64,000 bases of DNA from Octopus sinensis (lineage: Eukaryota): positions 49,538,001 through 49,602,000 of the forward strand of contig NC_043007.1 in assembly GCF_006345805.1 (NCBI RefSeq), written 5' to 3'. The notes under the pieces are model-generated. The model was not told the origin of the DNA. It ran no database searches and saw nothing but the letters and a program-made list of their open reading frames with translations. Of this stretch, positions 16,101-31,360 are shown one piece after another; position 1 is the first letter of the stretch; every line of letters begins with the position of its first letter. A program made the position numbers and the translations under genes.

Positions 16101-16589
16101 AACAACAACACTAATAGCAAGAACATGAATAAGAACAACAGCTTCAACAACAATAACAATGGTTTAAAATTTTGGTACAATGGCCAGTAATTTTAGGAGA
16201 TTACATCAACCCCAGGCCTGAACTGGTACTTGTTTTATTGAGCAAAGTTGACTTCTGCGGGTCTTAAACTCTGAAACTAAAGAGCCGGAGGAAATGTCAC
16301 TTTGCATTTTCTCCGATGCGCCTTTGATTCTGCCAGCTCACTGCCTTAGTTTCTGATTTAAACACTAGGCCAGCAATATTAAGGGCAGGGGTAGGTCGTA
16401 GCTATGGATTCTAGTATTTCACTGGTATTGCAGTCTAGCTTTTTGTAATTTCCTGACGTCTGTAGTGGGACTAGAATTCATAACGTAAGGGACCGTAAGT
16501 AAAAACAGAATGCTGCATTGTATATTTCGAGCTAAGCATTTCCAAGTCCATCACCTTAGCAACAATAAAATAATTAGCAAAATCGTTAG

Positions 16590-17320
<731 letters not shown>

Positions 17321-17341
17321 ATTATGAAGAAGAAGAATTAC

Positions 17342-17650
17342 CATGCGAACATAATAACTAGGGTGATATTTCTAGTTGTACTGTATTTCATCATGGTCCA
17401 CAGTCCAAGCGCAGTTTCTTTAGGATGAACTTCGGCTTCGTCTTCAGGGTTTGTTCCATTTCTGTCAATTAGTTCTTTGGACTGTTCACCTAATCGATGC
17501 ATTTCCATGGCAGATTCATTAGATTTCAGACATTTAGTCCATGTCGCTTCGAAATCGACTCCGTTAAGTTTTGCTGCGCGTTTCACAATTCTTTCGGCTT
17601 CTACAATTTTCCCTTTTGCGAACAACCATCGAATGCTTTCTCTTAAGTAC
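17342..17650 (-). CDS. SLC22 exon 5 (central cytoplasmic loop, start of TM7)
   Basis: (W)[30 protein letters not shown]...[11 protein letters not shown]. Acceptor cag, donor GTAATT, phase 2/2. Confidence 0.92.
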
Positions 17651-17763
17651 CTGCATAATATGAATATGAATATGTATGTATGTATGTATGTATGTATTTA
17701 TGTGCATATATATATATAATGTACATATATATATGCTTACAAGCATACATACACACACACATA

Positions 17764-17829
<66 letters not shown>

Positions 17830-17907
17830 TAAATATAGGGATGGTGTTATTAAAATACCATCACACGTGGTAAGCGAATTATTAGACGAACAGGCAAATT
17901 AATAAAA

Positions 17908-18241
17908 CATATACATACAATATTAGATATGTACATATATTCATAAGGGTACTAAATAAGTACCTATATCGCTCATGATTGAAGGACTTCGGCTGATGGG
18001 AAATCACGCGTCTAGGTGGCACTAAATTTCGAAACCGGTACCGAGTTGACCACCATTTACTTGTTCTAACCCATTTGAGGTAAGACATTATTATTGTTCA
18101 CTGATAGTTTTTCCTATCTTGTCTGTAATAGATTTGTGACTTTTCGGTGGTGCAGAAGTATTTTTTTACTTCTATCATGAGCGATATAGGTACTTATTTA
18201 GTACCCTTATGTATATATGTACATACCTAATATTATATGTA

Positions 18242-18245
<4 letters not shown>
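17908..18245. mobile_element. Inverted-repeat mini-element (arms about 70 bp) containing a hammerhead motif, probably Penelope-derived
   Basis: Arms about 17915-17985 and 18168-18240. Lies among (TA)n arrays. Confidence 0.75.
17985..18047 (+). ncRNA. Minimal hammerhead ribozyme motif with A9-to-G change
   Basis: TTCGG-CTGATGG-GAAAT(...)ATTTC-GAA-ACCGGT-A-CCGAG. Palindromic stem III (ACCGGT) is typical of Penelope-type hammerheads. Confidence 0.65.
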
Positions 18246-18292
<47 letters not shown>

Positions 18293-18325
18293 CATACACA
18301 TACATACATATATATACACACACAC

Positions 18326-18398
<73 letters not shown>

Positions 18399-18406
18399 CG
18401 TATATA

Positions 18407-19714
18407 CAAGTGGATGCTGAAAAGTTCCTGACTTTGAGGGTATCGCGAAAGGGTAGAGCTATAACATTTACAAAGGAGGCTGGACAACTATTCAGAAGAT
18501 ATGCAAAATATGATGGCATACAGTATATCTTTCTCTTTTTTCCCGATTTAACGCATAATGGCAGTTCATACAATGGATCTGGCAAAATTAAAGCATGGGC
18601 GGTCATGAAGTTCTTCCTTTTGCAAGATATAAGAGCGGTGAAAATCCATGGCGAAATGAAGGAAGTTTTAAAGGATGGCTGTCCATCTCAATCCATCGAG
18701 AAAATCTAGGTGTCGAGGTTTCGGGCTGATCATTTCGAGGTCAGGACGACCAACTTCCGTGAGTACAGAGAAAAAAGCCGACGCGGTGCACGTCATGATT
18801 CTCTAGGATCACTGGATTTCAGCCAAAGTCATAGCTGAGACTCTGAGGATTTCCCGCGAGAGAGTTGGCTATATCATCCAAAACACTCTGGACATGAAAA
18901 AGAGTTCCGCAAAATGGGTACCGAAATGCCTGAACGCCGATCAGAAGCGCATCCATGTGAGGATATGAAAGGCTATTTTGGACCGGTTTGCACCATGGAT
19001 GGAACACTATGTCTCATTTAGTCACCATAGATGAAATATGCTTTCATTATTATGATCCCCAGACTAAGTAGCAATCAATGGAGTGGCACCTCAGCGATTT
19101 ACGTCATTCTAAGTAGTTTCGGACCCAGAGGTCAGCTGGAAAGATGATGGTTTCAGTGTTTTGTGATAAAGACGAAGTGCTCTTCATAAAATACTTGCCA
19201 AAAGGTTACCTCATTAAAGAAGATTTCTACATGTCGCTGTTGAATGAAATGCGTGAAGCTTTGGAGCAGAAACGCTATGGAAAACCGAGTCGTGGTATCC
19301 TGCTTTTTGCAGGACAATGCACCAGCACACACAGCACATGTAACTCTACGGAAAATAGACGACTTTGGTTTCAAATTGGTAGACCACTCACTTACTATTC
19401 TGATTTGGCCCCCTCCGTCTATCACCTCTTTCGGCAACTGAAAAACAACTCAAGGTAACGAAATTTCACTCCAATTCGGAAGTGATTGCTGCTTCAGAGG
19501 CTTGTTTGTAGGTTCAAACTTCCGTATTTCTTTTTACAAGGCTTCCGTATTTTTACAACCTTCCGTATTTCTTTTCACAAGGCTTGGAAAAACTGAAGGA
19601 CCGCTGCAATAAGAGTGAGAATCTGAGAGGGGTATATGTTAAATAAAACCATAAGCAACTGATCCTCCAGCATTTTATTTTACATAATGTCAGGAACTTT
19701 CCAGCACCTCTTTG
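18407..19714 (+). mobile_element. Mariner transposon, full length, decayed
   Basis: TIR-like ends TA-CAAGTGGATGCTGAAAAGTTCCTGAC and its reverse-complement partner. Transposase remnants MVSVFCD, QDNAPAH, YSDLAPS.YHLF. Confidence 0.85.
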
Positions 19715-19734
19715 GATATGTACACACAGATACA

Positions 19735-19810
<76 letters not shown>

Positions 19811-20044
19811 CTGTGTCTCTGTGTGTATTTATGAATATACACGTACATATACATATTAGTGAACGTAAGTAAGGGAGAAAAATATGCAAAATATATAGAT
19901 CACAAAATATAGGACACTTTCACACCGCAAAAACAGTATATTTTGAAAAACCATTAAATCTAATTGCAGGAACACATCACACTTCAAGAAAACCAAACGA
20001 GAAAACCATTTATATATACAAGAACGTTCAGTCCTTGTCCATAA

Positions 20045-22197
20045 CACAATGTAACACATGTTTTGTTTATTTGTATTTTTTAATGTTCAAATATCCATTT
20101 TTTCCCCACTAAATTCAAAAATTACATTCGTTTTGACGTAACATCGATAGTTATTTATTTATTCCTAATTTCACATTTGCTCGTTATATTTGTGACTTTT
20201 CTCTACAGCATTTTGTTGATTCAATCTGTTCTAGTATTGTAAGGATAATTACACAACATTTAGTTCTTTTTCATATATTGAAAGGTATTTAGGAAGTATA
20301 ATATTGGTTAGAACAAAAAGAAACAATAAACCTCTTGATAACTCTTTTCTTAAGATGAGAAGTGCTTTGATGATCGAGATTTTTTCTTGAGTGTATACCT
20401 TCATCTCTTCTGACCATATATAATCTCCCATCATAGTAGTATCCCATCGTCCTTGGTGTCTTCTTTCCATAGTTGCGATGTCCTGATAAAATCCCTCACC
20501 ATGCTCCTCACTGATATCACCCAAGTTTTCGGGGAAAAAATTTAGGTGAGAGTGCAAAAAATGAACCTTTAAGGACATACGACAACCCATTTTCTTGAAG
20601 TTTTCAATAAGCTATGCTACTAGCTGTTTGCAATTAGGATCCTTGTGATTTCCTAGGAATTCACGAACTACATCACGAAATGCACACCAAGCTTCTTTTT
20701 CGTCTATTGTCATCGCTCTTTCCAGTTTCTACGACTTTGACATTGCATTTACTTGGGCCCAACAAATATGCCACCCTTGAACTTAGCCTCAGATAGCTTT
20801 GGAAACATAAGACAAATTTCATGAAAAGCTTCTCCTCTAAACTCCAAGGGCTTCAAAAACTGTTTTACCAATCCGAGTTTGATATGAAGTAGGGTAATAA
20901 GATTTTGTTGGAATCTGTTTGAGAACATTTAACATTGCTGGCTGCAGTTCCACTCCTGGGGGGCCAATGTACTCTCTTGTAATGATGATCATCAGCTCTG
21001 CTGTCCCATAAGCAAAGGAAACACGAATACTTTGTGAATACCCCTTGCAAGCCAAGCAAGAAGGCAAACATTCCACTTGAACTCAGCGTAATTTATTTTC
21101 GTAATTTTTTTTCTTCTGTATGGAGTGTGCAAGAGGCAAAGTAGGATATTCATTTCCATTGTGGAGCAACACTACTTTGCGACTTCGTGTTGAGCTATCT
21201 ATGAACATTCGCCATTCTGCAGAATCATGCTTGAATTCAATAGCAGTAAACAAACAAATCACACCTTTACAATAACATAGATCATTAATATTTTTATAGT
21301 AAATTTCAAATTATTCATGGTGTTTGCGGTACAAAGATGTCTTGCAGTCTTCCCCAGTATATTCCATCCCTTCAGCCTTGTTGAAAGAAGTTCAGCTCCT
21401 GAGTTAGTAAGATCCAGATCCCTGATTGAATCATCTAGCTCACTCTGATTTGGAAAGTGAGACTCCGAAGTCGTTCTTGGTACGAAAGCTTCCTCCATTT
21501 CTTAGCTGCTGCTACTTGTTGACTCTTCAGATGAAATATTTTCTGGTGGTAGTGGTACTCATAATCTTTCATCATGTGGGACAGGTGCTCTAGATGATGA
21601 CATATCTGGATACTGAAGAGCTTTTCTTCTTCCTTTTACTTTTCTGTACTTTGTCACAGCGGTCATACAAATCAGTCATTGTGATGGTTCTTTGACTCTC
21701 TCCATACCCTTGGAATGGCAAAAGGCATTGACCTTCCTGTACCTCTTAACCTTCCTTCTAGAGCAGATCGACAGCTTCCACATATCACATGTGGGGCCCA
21801 TGATATGTCCTGGTCACCCATGGGCATTCCGAAATAGAATCTGTACGCTATCCACAATTTGGCACTTTTCATGATCTTTTGTAATACCTGCTTTTTTCCA
21901 ATATAAATAACCACACACATAGCAAAATGTATCTGGAGAATTTTTACATACTCTAGTAGTCATCCTGAAAGTAGCAGAACTTAGTAATTGGTCTGAAAGA
22001 GGAAATTAAACATACATTCAGTAGCGGAACATTATAACAATACCGAATATATAATAACATTGAAAGTCGACATATTTTTTTTTACTGTTGATGATACACA
22101 AAAAATAAGTTCATTTTTGGAATCAGCAGAAAACATGGATTGATAAGCAATAAAAAAAAATACAATAAACATTTTTTTTAAAAATTGTTACGTTGTG
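20045..22197 (-). mobile_element. Chapaev3 (CMC superfamily) DNA transposon, full length, decayed
   Basis: TIR CACAAYGTAACA at both ends with 3-bp TAA TSD. Transposase motifs GDQDISWAPHVICGSC and MSLKVHFLHSHL.FFPENLG.ISEEHGE.F.QDI. Confidence 0.9.
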
Positions 22198-23070
22198 TAA
22201 TGAAAAGAAGTTCGTAAATGATATTTAAGGATATTTGCAATCCCCACCCACTCTTACTATAACAATATAATACCAAGAAGCGAGGTTAATGAAATAAAGT
22301 TTACAAGATATATAACTCCTCCCACATAACTGTAAAACCAGGATAACAATCACAATTCTTTCAACCCACTCTACAGCATGAATGAAACTACTAACATGAA
22401 AAGAAATCTTCAATGACTATCAAAAATTAATTTCCAGCCAGACATAAATATAAAGATTTAAGTTTGTTCGGACAGCATCCTTTCCTGCAGCATCAACGTC
22501 GCAATCTAAGACGTACATCCAGCAATAATTCTACTGCCTTCAATAGCCAGCTTATAGCTGCAGAAAATTCTAAACTTCCGATTCAAAGGAACTTATCTCT
22601 CTCCAAGGCAGTAGTATACAGTGCGTGCTTGACACTCACAGACAGTATTGAGGAAATTCAACGGAACCCACCACGAATGATTTCAATATCAGCTACAGCG
22701 AACATAAATACTCATTCAGATCGATGGATAAAGAGAAATACACATCTTTGTCAACAATATGTTTTCAAATTGAGGAATAGAAGAATTAAAATTTAAACAA
22801 GGAACAGAACTCTCATATACACTATCGGGACACGGTACTGCAAATTATGCTTTCACTGAAATAACCACTAAAATCACCGAGCAGAGTTTCAGAGATGTTC
22901 CACGTCTGCCGCAGCCAGAATATATTTCTTCTGAAAATCTACTCCCTGAAAATTTCCTCGATTTTTAAAAACCCTTAAAGTTTTTAAAGACCAAGCGATG
23001 CTTCAAAGACGTATTAGCCATTATGACTAATTCAAGCTAAATAATTAAATTTCTCCTAAGTGATGCCTGC

Positions 23071-23109
<39 letters not shown>

Positions 23110-23316
23110 CTTTAAACTAGTATGATATTTAATCAGCATATATGAAAACAAAAAGCAAAAACAAAAACAAAAACAACAAACAAACAAAAAAACAAATATT
23201 TCGGTATTTTGTACTGGAGTTTTCACCACGAAAGAAAATGCAAAAGAATTAAATAAAAGACAAAGAGAAAATGCAAAACGAAGAAGTAACGTGAAAAATC
23301 ACAAGAAATTCCTTAC

Positions 23317-23519
23317 CAAAATTCAAATACGCATACGATCCCTGGAATCCCAAAAACGGCACACAACCATCTCCATTCTGAATGTTTCATGACATAGGCA
23401 ACCAACGCAAGGATCATAACACATATACCCCACCAAACCCCCACTATGAGTGACATCAGTGTCCGTTTGTCAGCAGGAAACAGCTCCAACACCATGGTAA
23501 AACCTGGAAGAGCGGAACC
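23317..23519 (-). CDS. SLC22 exon 4 (TM5-TM6)
   Basis: Acceptor tcttcccacag. GSALPGFTMVLELFPADKRTLMSLIVGVWWG...CVFEF-W. Donor GTAAGG. Confidence 0.92.
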
Positions 23520-24205
23520 CTGTGGGAAGATATATTTAAGTTCACGGTTATGATAAAAGTTTTATGAACTCAGCATGTATGTACTTTAACATCTTGTAAC
23601 TTTCATAATAATTCTTTCTACTGTAGGCATACGGCCTGAAACTTTTGGGGAGGGGATTAGTCGATTACTGCCACCACAGTACTCATCTAGTACTTATTTT
23701 ATCACTGATCTAATTCTTTTATAGTAATTTATACACCATTATAGGTATTTATACTCCGGTGAAGTTAAACAATAAACGAAACGCTTGAATCTATCACTGT
23801 ATATATACACACACACACGCACGCGCACAAACATACAGAGTCGCATATGTATGTATGTATGTATGTATATATGTATGTATGTATGTACCCACACGTGTGT
23901 ACGCGCATAAGCATACCATAATCTATACACATACAGACGATTGTCGATTCATTTGAACAAGAAAGCCAACAAAATGTGACCACTTGCTTGTCGGGAAATC
24001 TGTAAGTTCGATTTAAAAAAAAATTCTTTCAAAGATAGTTAATGCAAATGTTCATCATTTCGAGTCAATAACCCAATGAGTATTTCTGCCAAATATGGTG
24101 AAAATCTGTTTAGCCGTTTTCCAGTAATTTTGCAAACACACAGACAAAAAGACAAAGACGAGTGATTACAATACTCTGCTGTCGCTTACTCGCGCATGGT
24201 GATGA

Positions 24206-27200
24206 TTTCTTACATTCGCCACAAGGGCCCTGGACATAATGAACAATACCAAAGGGCAAGATACAAGAGACAAAACAGGTGAGGTTTACATTGATCAAGG
24301 GGAGACACTGTAACATTAAAAGATATAACAGGGGTAGATAAATAGATATTAGAAAAATAAATATTTAATAAATAGAATCACCAATAGCAGGATAGTTCGC
24401 ATAGGTAATTCGAGATAAAGTTCCCACAAAAATCCCGAATTACCCTGCCATCCCCAAGCAAGGGAAGTGCTATCTGTCTCGGTCAACGCGCTTGATCCAG
24501 AACTGCAGCTTAGTCAAGAGGCGAACGGCGACCATATCTACTCGCCGTCAAGGAAACGCTGATGATGCCGAAGCTTCGGCGTATGTCTACGCAACAGCAT
24601 TCACGGCATCCAATCTTCCAGTTAGCGCCTGACCAATGGAACAAGTACCTTCCACAGTAGGTGGAAGAATATTCGTTTCAATTTGATCACGTGTGAACCG
24701 GAGCAAGCACAACGGTCAGGTGATAACATATGACAGAGGTGATGTATACGTTCGCCACCTCTGTCCGACCTTCTAGAGATAGTTTTCTCCCGGTCAATCT
24801 GTGGGTGAGACTGGCTACCCTGCTCGTCACCTCGCTCCAGTTCTTTTCCACCTGGAAATCCGGACCAAACTACATCATAAGAAATCTATCCAGTACCTCC
24901 GTCCAGCGTCCTACGATGTTATTGGACGCATGAAGCTGCCCCTCTAGGTGCCAAGCTGCAGGCCAACTGACTTTTCTTGGTTAAGTTTTGCTCCTGTCAG
25001 AGATTCGTGTACTCTCAGAACTGTACCGATCAACTCTATGTCGTCTGCATATGCCGACACAGTTCTCCCACGTCCCAGTTAGCTCGTGGTGCCTCTCAAC
25101 GCCACCAATTTCCGAAGTAGTGGCTCTAGAACCAGTACATAATTAACAGACGAGAGGGGGCACTCTTGACGGACCGAACGCATTATGCTGAACGTTCGTC
25201 GCAACAGGTAAACAACTATGAGAATGGCTTGCATGTATTGGTCGTTGACCCTACCGGAGGCTTTTGATTGATCCAAATTGATCAGGGCCCCACCAATACC
25301 AACTTCTTTACCCACTCTGTCTATGTTATATTGCATCAGGTGGAGGGTGTCGTAGATAGATCTGTTTGGAATTGCGCAATTTTCGTATCACCTACCAGTT
25401 CCTCGACGACAAGCGTTAACAACTTGGTCAAAATTTTGAAATCTACATTCAACAGCATTATGGACCTAACATTTTCTAATTGTTCCCCTTTCCTTGGTTT
25501 CTTCCTTAGCAGTACCACCACTATTTGACTCGCAGAACTAGGAATTCTCCCACTGTGCTGCTAGTTGCAGTAGATGTCTGGTAAGAGGATGCCAAAAACG
25601 TCCGGCATATGAAAGTAAAGTTCATAGGGCAGATCATCCAAACCAAACAATTTGTTCCCCATGCAGCCCATCATCACATCCCATATTTTCGCGGCTGTTA
25701 TTGGCTTTTTGCAACACTTGGTCCCAAACACATAAGCAAAGTGCTTCCGAAATGCCGCACACATCTGCTTGAGTTTCATGCGTCCAAATTGTGGATTTCT
25801 TGTCACGTTGCGCCCCTTAGACAAAGACCATCGAGCGGTTTTCGTCCCCTAGTTTCTTAGAGCATGCTCCTTGTTCCTTACAATGTATCCTTTGTGCTTA
25901 GCGATGAAGAACTGGTCCAGAGCTAATCTCACCGTCATGTCTTTCCTAAACGCCTCTTCTACGTTTCTAAATACGTTCTACTCTCTTCTTTTTCTGTCTT
26001 TCGCTAATGCCTTACTAAACCATAATAGATTCTACCCTAATTGCCCCTTTTCATGGAAAACCACCATTTGTTGTTGATAATTGCCCCGTCAACAGCTGCT
26101 TAACTAATTCTCTCATCTGATCTCTTGTAATCTTCGCAGCTGGGAGTGACGTGTTCAGCGGTTGTTCTACCGCTGTCGGAGCATATACAGCCATGAATTG
26201 GAAAGCACCACCCCGCTACTGTTCATATTCTGTGTCACCAACTTACCCCGTTGGATCCAGGAAGATTGGTCTTATCTTGATATCCAGATCTTTCAGAAAG
26301 AACGTCGCAGTTCCACCCCACCCCCGAATTCCAGTTGAAATGGCGATAAGTAAATCTCACGCACCAAATAAAGGCATGAAAACTTGTCGAGTGAAGAGTC
26401 TGGCGTTGCTGAGAGCCATTACATCTAAACTTTTTGATCTGAGATCACTGAGTAGGTGGCCCTGTTTCCAAGGTGAACCCAGGCCGCGTCATTTATACTG
26501 CCCATTCTGGCAGAGCCATGTTTGTCAGAGAGTAGGAGATGAAGAGAATCACCTACATTCTATTTCTGTGGAGAGATAAGTGTTTCCACAAGCATTTCTT
26601 TCTAGTGTCTTTTGTTTATGGTTCCTCGGAAATCTCTCATTCCTTTATTATGCTTTGCTATCAGTTTGTTGTAACTTTCCGCTGCTTTTATAATTTCTGT
26701 ATGAATAGGGGCGTTATGTTGGTGTCTGTGTATTTTTGAATATGCCTTATTAAGTTCTTGTTGTTTGTGTCTATAGCAGTGTAATTAGTGATGCCTTGTG
26801 CTGGATTGCTGCGTTTTCGTTTGTGAAGGTGTTTTTGATGTTGGAAATGTTTGTAATTGTCTTGGTATAGAGTGTGTGTGGGTGTGTGATAGTTTGCAGG
26901 ATTCTGTATCGTCTCTAATCTTTTTGCTTTTAGTCTTATAATTTTTTGTCTTTTTCTTTCTACCTGGGTCCATTCTGGTGGTTTTCCCAGACTGCTTGTC
27001 TCATTAGACAAGTTTAACAGTCGGAGAAATCTGTGGCAGAAAAAGAGGTATGTCTGCACAGTCGCGCATTTCTAAGCTGGTAGTCTGGTCGATTGGTGTG
27101 GTTGAGTATTCTCTCGGTTGCGATGGCCCTAGAGGCGTTATTGTTTTCCTCGGGTGTGGTACCTGTTCTTGCTGCTGATGTTGTAGAATGGATCTCTGCT

Positions 27201-27600
27201 GCTGCTTCTTTGGCTGATGGTGTTGTTTTGCATGTTGCCGCTCTTAGCACTGACGTTGTAAATGTTGTTGTTGGTGGTGGTGGCGCTGTTGTTCTTGCTT
27301 TTAATGTCGTTGTTGTAGTATTAGCAATGTCTACAATAGCGGAGAGGTGTTCTTTTCTTTGCATGGGGTAGAAAGCCTTTGAATGGTTTGTCTTGTCACA
27401 AATGTGACATCTCGGCATTTTTCTCTCGACTGCCAGAAATAGCTGTGTGACTTTAAGAAGGTTGATCAAGTTAGGGATGACTTCGATGCCTTCCATCGGC
27501 ATGTATCCATAATTCCGTGCCCATGTTGGATCAATTCTCCTTTCCTATTTTGTGTACCTTGTGAATTCTTGTTCTGTTATCTAGCCGTATAATATGGCTG
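24206..27600 (-). mobile_element. Tx1/L1-clade LINE, near full length, heavily decayed (ORF1 and ORF2)
   Basis: ORF1 knuckle remnant CHICDKTNH (27014-27502), endonuclease remnants near 26100-26600, RT remnants LDQSKA and RQECPLS. 3' end GCCCTTGTGGCGAATGTAAGAAA. The 5' boundary is approximate. Confidence 0.8.
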
Positions 27601-28215
27601 CCACCAGCAGAGGGACGTTGTCTTCTGGTAGCACATCCCCTACCTATCATACACTGGAAATTATATCAGATTTATGAAATACCTCCAGGAAAGAAATTGT
27701 AAAACATATGAAAAAAAGATCTCAAGCAAATACAAACTAACTATTCTCGGGTAGAATCCAAATCATATAGAAAGGGATATTAAAGCTAATCCAATACTTA
27801 TCCTGAAAGATTAAGAAGAACAAGTGTATTATAACAGATGTATTATTTCTAACTTTATAAATCTCTGAATGAAATGAAGAAAGTCTCCGAATATAAGATC
27901 TGGCAATAGAAACAGCCAGAATCTGGGGACAAAAGACGAGACAATCTCTGTTCTTTATGATAACAGTAGGGTGGTATAGCGTTGGGGAATTAGGGAATTA
28001 TGACATATGTAAATATACCTCCAAATTCCTAACACAAAATATATGACTTCTATAAACACAAAACAGCGTGGCTATGTCGTAAGAAGCAGCTTTTCAACCA
28101 CATGGGTCTGGGTTCAGTCCACTGCGTGGTAGCTTGGATAATTATCTTCTAGTATAGACCCAGACCGACCAAAGCATTTTAAGTAGATTTGGTAGACGGA
28201 AACCGAAAGAAGCTC

Positions 28216-28254
<39 letters not shown>

Positions 28255-28263
<9 letters not shown>

Positions 28264-28422
28264 TATATAGAGGGTACTACTATTCATAGATACCGCACGC
28301 TAGGAGGGACCCTTGCGGTCAAAACTACTAAAATAAATGTTTATATTAGTAGTTTTGACCGCAAGGGTACCTTCTAGCGTGCGGTATCTATGAATAGTAG
28401 TACCCTCTATATAATATAAATA
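28255..28422. repeat. Near-perfect palindrome (77-bp arms, 14-nt spacer) at a (TA)n array
   Basis: Arms 28255-28331 and 28346-28422, 2 mismatches by hand count. Confidence 0.92.
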
Positions 28423-28519
28423 AATATTTTCAAAGTGGAAAAATTTACGAATTTTTTCTCTTACGAGGTTTTTCACGCTAACTACTGATAAATTCTTATA
28501 AAGATTTTATCCTCAATTT

Positions 28520-28938
<419 letters not shown>

Positions 28939-28944
28939 TATATA

Positions 28945-28989
<45 letters not shown>

Positions 28990-29308
28990 GGGGTGACTTT
29001 GTGTATAATTTTGTTCACCACTAACTCTTTTCGATCGCTGTTGGTGACCGAGAGAATAAATACCAGGCTTTGAAACACAAGACCTTGAGTCAATGTGTTC
29101 GGCTAAATCCCTTCAAAGCGGTACCCCCGGATGACTGCAGTCAAATGAATGAAACAAGTTAAAGATAAAAGATGCAAAAGACAATGATACTAAAAGATAC
29201 TAAAAGATATCTCATCAAAACATAACGCCCTACAAACCATAGGTAGACTGAGTTGCGATCTATTAGGCAATACAAATATACTGAAATAATCAAATAATGA
29301 AAGTTAAC

Positions 29309-29359
<51 letters not shown>

Positions 29360-29363
<4 letters not shown>

Positions 29364-30098
29364 GAGAACTATGCTGGCAGCGCAAGACCAAGATTTGGGC
29401 ACTAACTGGAGGGGCAGCCTGAGGAATGAACAAGTGCCTCCGCTGTGCCGCATCTGTAATAAAACCTTTCATCTGTAATGAAACCGTTGCCCATATCACG
29501 AACGAATGCCCTAGACTTGCCCAAATCCACAAAGTTGTGGTGACACAACGACGGAGCAAAAGTGCTACGTTGGATACTGTGCTAAAAGTGGGAGTTAGAG
29601 AGAGGCAAGATGTGGTATAAGCACAAACCCCAGAGAGTGGCAGACTCGGAATTTCCTAATCCAAACAGATCAGGTGGTGGTGCATAACCGACCGGACCTA
29701 GAAGTGGACGACAAGATACACCGCATATGCTATATAGTTGATGTTGCATGTCCCTTTGACCCACAAATAGTAAAGAAAGAAGGTGAAAAAATAGATAAAT
29801 ACAACCCGTTTAAGTACGAAATAGCTCGGCTATGGAAAATGAAGAAGGTGAAAATAGTGCCAATCATTGATGGTTCCCTGGAGACAATATAAGAAGACAT
29901 CAAGAGGAATATCAAGGAAATTGGAATAGAGTGCCCAGTAGGACTGTTACAAAAATGTCCCTCCTTGGTACGGCCAGAAAAATGAGGAGTATTAGATAGT
30001 TGAAAAGAACAGATAGCATGGTACCATAGGCTGCAGACAGCAATCCCACTACGCATACAAGACTCCAGTAGTTCCAACAAAACCAGAGATAAAACGGA
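29360..30098 (+). mobile_element. R4/Dong family C, 3' fragment, decayed
   Basis: CLRC...H..NEC, HNRPDL..D and IVDVACPFD motifs. (TAA)n on both sides. Confidence 0.85.
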
Positions 30099-30162
<64 letters not shown>

Positions 30163-31052
30163 GAACAGCCACGAACCATGATAAAACGATGGCAAGAAAA
30201 GCCCCTTCATGGTAAATACTGCACTAAACTAAACGCAAAAGAAATAGACAAAGAAAAATCCCAGCAATGGTTGAGAAGCTCAGGACTCAAAGCAGAAACA
30301 GAGGGATTTTTAATTGCAGCACAAGACCAAAGCCTCCCCACCAGAAATTACCAAAAACATGTAATGAAAAGAAATATTACAAGTAACTGCAGAATATGTG
30401 GAGATGGACAAGAAACAATAAATCATATTATCTCTAGCTGCCCAGTCCTGGCTAAGAAGGAATATATTCACAGACATGACAGAGTTGAAACCTACATACA
30501 TTGGTAGCTATGCCAACATTATGGAATAACAACAGAAAAAAGATGGTATAGGCACACACCAGAAAAGGTCACAGAAAACGAGAAAGCAACCATACTCTGG
30601 GATATGCCGATACACACAGATAGAGAAATTAAGGCCAACAGACCAGATATAGTTGTCAGAGATCATGAAGAAAAAAAATGCTTTCTAATTGATGTATCAA
30701 TACTGGCAGATGACAACGTGTCTCTAAAAGAAATGGAGAAACTCTCAAAATACAAAGACCTGGAAATAGAGGTAACTAGAATGTGGAATCTGAAAACAGA
30801 AACAATTCCTATCATAGTAGGTGCATTAGGCATGATAAAAAAAATATTCAGACAAATACATAATAAAAACACCAGGACTTACAAACACATATAACATACA
30901 GAAAATTGCACTACTAGGCACTGAACACATCCTACGCAGAACACTTTCCATACAATAACCATCAGAGCATCACAACAAATCACAGCACATACCCAAGGCA
31001 CACAGAGCTGCGCTCGGTAGTGAAGTGAAAGCACGCTATAAAAATAAAACTA

Positions 31053-31055
<3 letters not shown>
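30163..31055 (+). mobile_element. R4/Dong family A, 3' fragment
   Basis: WQEKPLHGKY, CRICG...HIISSC and KANRPDIVV motifs. (TAA)n flanks. Confidence 0.9.
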
Positions 31056-31121
<66 letters not shown>

Positions 31122-31329
31122 CCTTTTTACTATAGGCACAAGTCCTGAAATTTTGAGGAAGGAGGATAATCGATTACATCAAGCCCAATATTAAACCGGT
31201 ACTTATTTTATCGACCCCGAAAATATGAAAGGCAAAGTCAACCCTAGCGGAACTCAGAATATACAGACGGACGAAATGCCACTAAGCATTTATCCTGGCG
31301 TGCTAATGATCCTGTCAGCTCGCCGCCTT
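31122..31329 (-). mobile_element. SINE family II
   Basis: Same core as the other copies. The tail abuts the (TAA)n array. Confidence 0.8.
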
Positions 31330-31360
31330 AATGATAATGATAATAATAATGCATAATGAT

